Source of the DNA: Gemmatimonadota bacterium
GTDB taxonomy: Bacteria > Gemmatimonadota > Gemmatimonadetes > Gemmatimonadales > GWC2-71-9
NCBI GenBank assembly: GCA_036679605.1
Contig: JAZDCZ010000178.1
Span: 1 to 49,897 of the forward strand
Direction: 5' to 3'
Length of the DNA stretch: 49,897 nt
Shown one piece after another: positions 48,770-49,897 of this stretch (within the stretch, counting starts at the first letter, position 1; each line of letters opens with the position of its first letter). A program made the translations under genes and the position numbers. A model generated the notes under the pieces. That model had not been told where the DNA came from and did no database searches. It saw only the letters and a list, made by a program, of their open reading frames with translations.

Positions 48770-49123
48770 CTACCACGTCCCGTCCCTGACTTCTCTTACC
48801 AACCGCAACACCGCTTTGTCGGGCAGGTCTTTCACCTCGCGGATCAGCGTGGCAAACAGCTCCGGTCGTTTCCTTATTGCCTCCTTCAGATCGGTCGATA
48901 CCTTGCCTGCCATCGCCAGCAGCACATCCGGGTCCTGGCCCAATTCCTTGGCCAGCAGGACAATCTTCGCCTCCGACGGCGGCGGCGTCTCCTCCCGCTC
49001 GACCTTGCTCAGAAATGACGGCTCCACGCCGATCCGCATCGCTAACTGCCGCAGCGAGAAGGCCTTATCGTCTTTGCGCAGGCGTTCCCTGCACTCCCGT
49101 ACATAACTCCCGAAGTCCGTCAT
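48770..49123 (-). CDS. XRE-family HTH transcriptional regulator
   Basis: FG.YVR..R, SLRQLA.RIGVEPSFLSKVER...PPSE..I..LA..L. Confidence 0.9.
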   Translation of the reverse strand: MTDFGSYVRECRERLRKDDKAFSLRQLAMRIGVEPSFLSKVEREETPPPSEAKIVLLAKELGQDPDVLLAMAGKVSTDLKEAIRKRPELFATLIREVKDLPDKAVLRLVREVRDGTW

Positions 49124-49130
49124 ACTGTGT

Positions 49131-49161
49131 AGTATGTACTATCTAGTACACGCTCTGTCAA
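49131..49161 (-). promoter_or_regulatory. Sigma70-type promoter with operator in the spacer, probably leaderless
   Basis: TTGACA (49161-49156), TGTACTA-N2-TAGTACA (49135-49150), CATACT 7 nt before the ATG, no RBS. Confidence 0.65.
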
Positions 49162-49260
49162 GTGGATGTTTCGGATCGAGAAGCAGCTGGCTTCACTGCT
49201 CGCTCGATAGCAGCTGCCAACCTTAATAACTCGTATGGCGCACTCTGGACTAATCTGACA

Positions 49261-49869
49261 CTACGTACCCAGCGCTCCGGAATAGGATTTCAGCATCTCC
49301 ACGGCACCGCGGCAAAACTCCCGAAACCAAAAAGCATTTCTTGCCGGACCGGCACCTGCGGGCTCGTCTCCCACTAGCAACCGTGTTACCGCGCAAATCA
49401 AATCTACCAGCCACACACTCATCTCAGCCTCTCGCATGGCCTGCTCATCGCCCCACCCGTGGTAACGGCTCGCAGCCACTCTGGCCTCAACGACAGTCAC
49501 ACTTTCCTGGATTCCACTCCATTCGAGTCTAAGTGTCAGTCGATCAGCATACCGGGGGAAGGCGCCTACGTATTCCCAGGTGTCATCGTCCGTCTGTACT
49601 GAGCTGCCGAATCGAAATCCCTCCCACCCATATTTTCGGGCGACGTACCCTGCCAGCATTCGATCACGCGTCGGCGCCATTATTGAGCATATGACCTTCT
49701 GTTCCGTCTCCACAACTTTGGCAAGAAGGGTCCACCGGACCCCTGCATCATCCAATAGCTCCACGGCCTTAGAGATACCCACTATTGCCGGCGGGTCACT
49801 GTCTAAGAAACTCAGCAACTTCAGCACAGATATCGGGGTCCTTGATGTAGGCGTAAGTTGAGAAGGCAC
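49261..49869 (-). CDS. Hypothetical protein
   Basis: 202-aa ORF directly after the DUF2779-like stop; first 29 aa shared with ORF 44894-45085. Confidence 0.45.
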   Translation of the reverse strand: MPSQLTPTSRTPISVLKLLSFLDSDPPAIVGISKAVELLDDAGVRWTLLAKVVETEQKVICSIMAPTRDRMLAGYVARKYGWEGFRFGSSVQTDDDTWEYVGAFPRYADRLTLRLEWSGIQESVTVVEARVAASRYHGWGDEQAMREAEMSVWLVDLICAVTRLLVGDEPAGAGPARNAFWFREFCRGAVEMLKSYSGALGT

Positions 49870-49897
49870 ACTACCGCCCCACCAACCCCCTCAACCG
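49784..49897. repeat. 114-bp perfect direct repeat, copy 2 (runs off the window); includes a DUF2779-like 3' end
   Basis: Identical to 45000-45113. Confidence 0.95.

Overview
GC-rich bacterial chromosomal DNA. The gene repertoire (tandem 'RL-AALAD-Y' Ser/Thr kinases, a duplicated ABC permease, DUF5916, a two-heme TPR cytochrome, beta-propeller remnants) suggests Gemmatimonadota, which is an inference. 1-5 kb: 5' part of a large Ig/beta-strand-repeat surface lipoprotein, a flavodoxin-fold protein and a TauE/SafE exporter. 5.1-8.8 kb: accessory islet with an internally deleted IS3 (5-bp target duplication), a frameshifted AraC gene, a secreted 8-Cys peptide gene, a broken beta-propeller gene and a second IS3 end. 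8.8-40 kb: mostly ordinary envelope, peptidase, kinase and transporter genes, plus a toxin-first VapC/Phd pair. 40.3-49.9 kb: a defence/toxin-antitoxin (TA) hotspot. It holds an atypical tRNA with a tRNA-Leu-type body but a Val (CAC) anticodon, flanked by TTCTACCG repeats. Beyond it lies a tandem array of Smr / DUF2779-remnant / cargo modules carrying HEPN-MNT, an AAA-DUF4143 ATPase, one intact and two vestigial AbiE loci, and an XRE-regulated conserved unknown protein. Many genes appear collapsed by internal deletions. All family calls are by motif recognition; no database searches were run.
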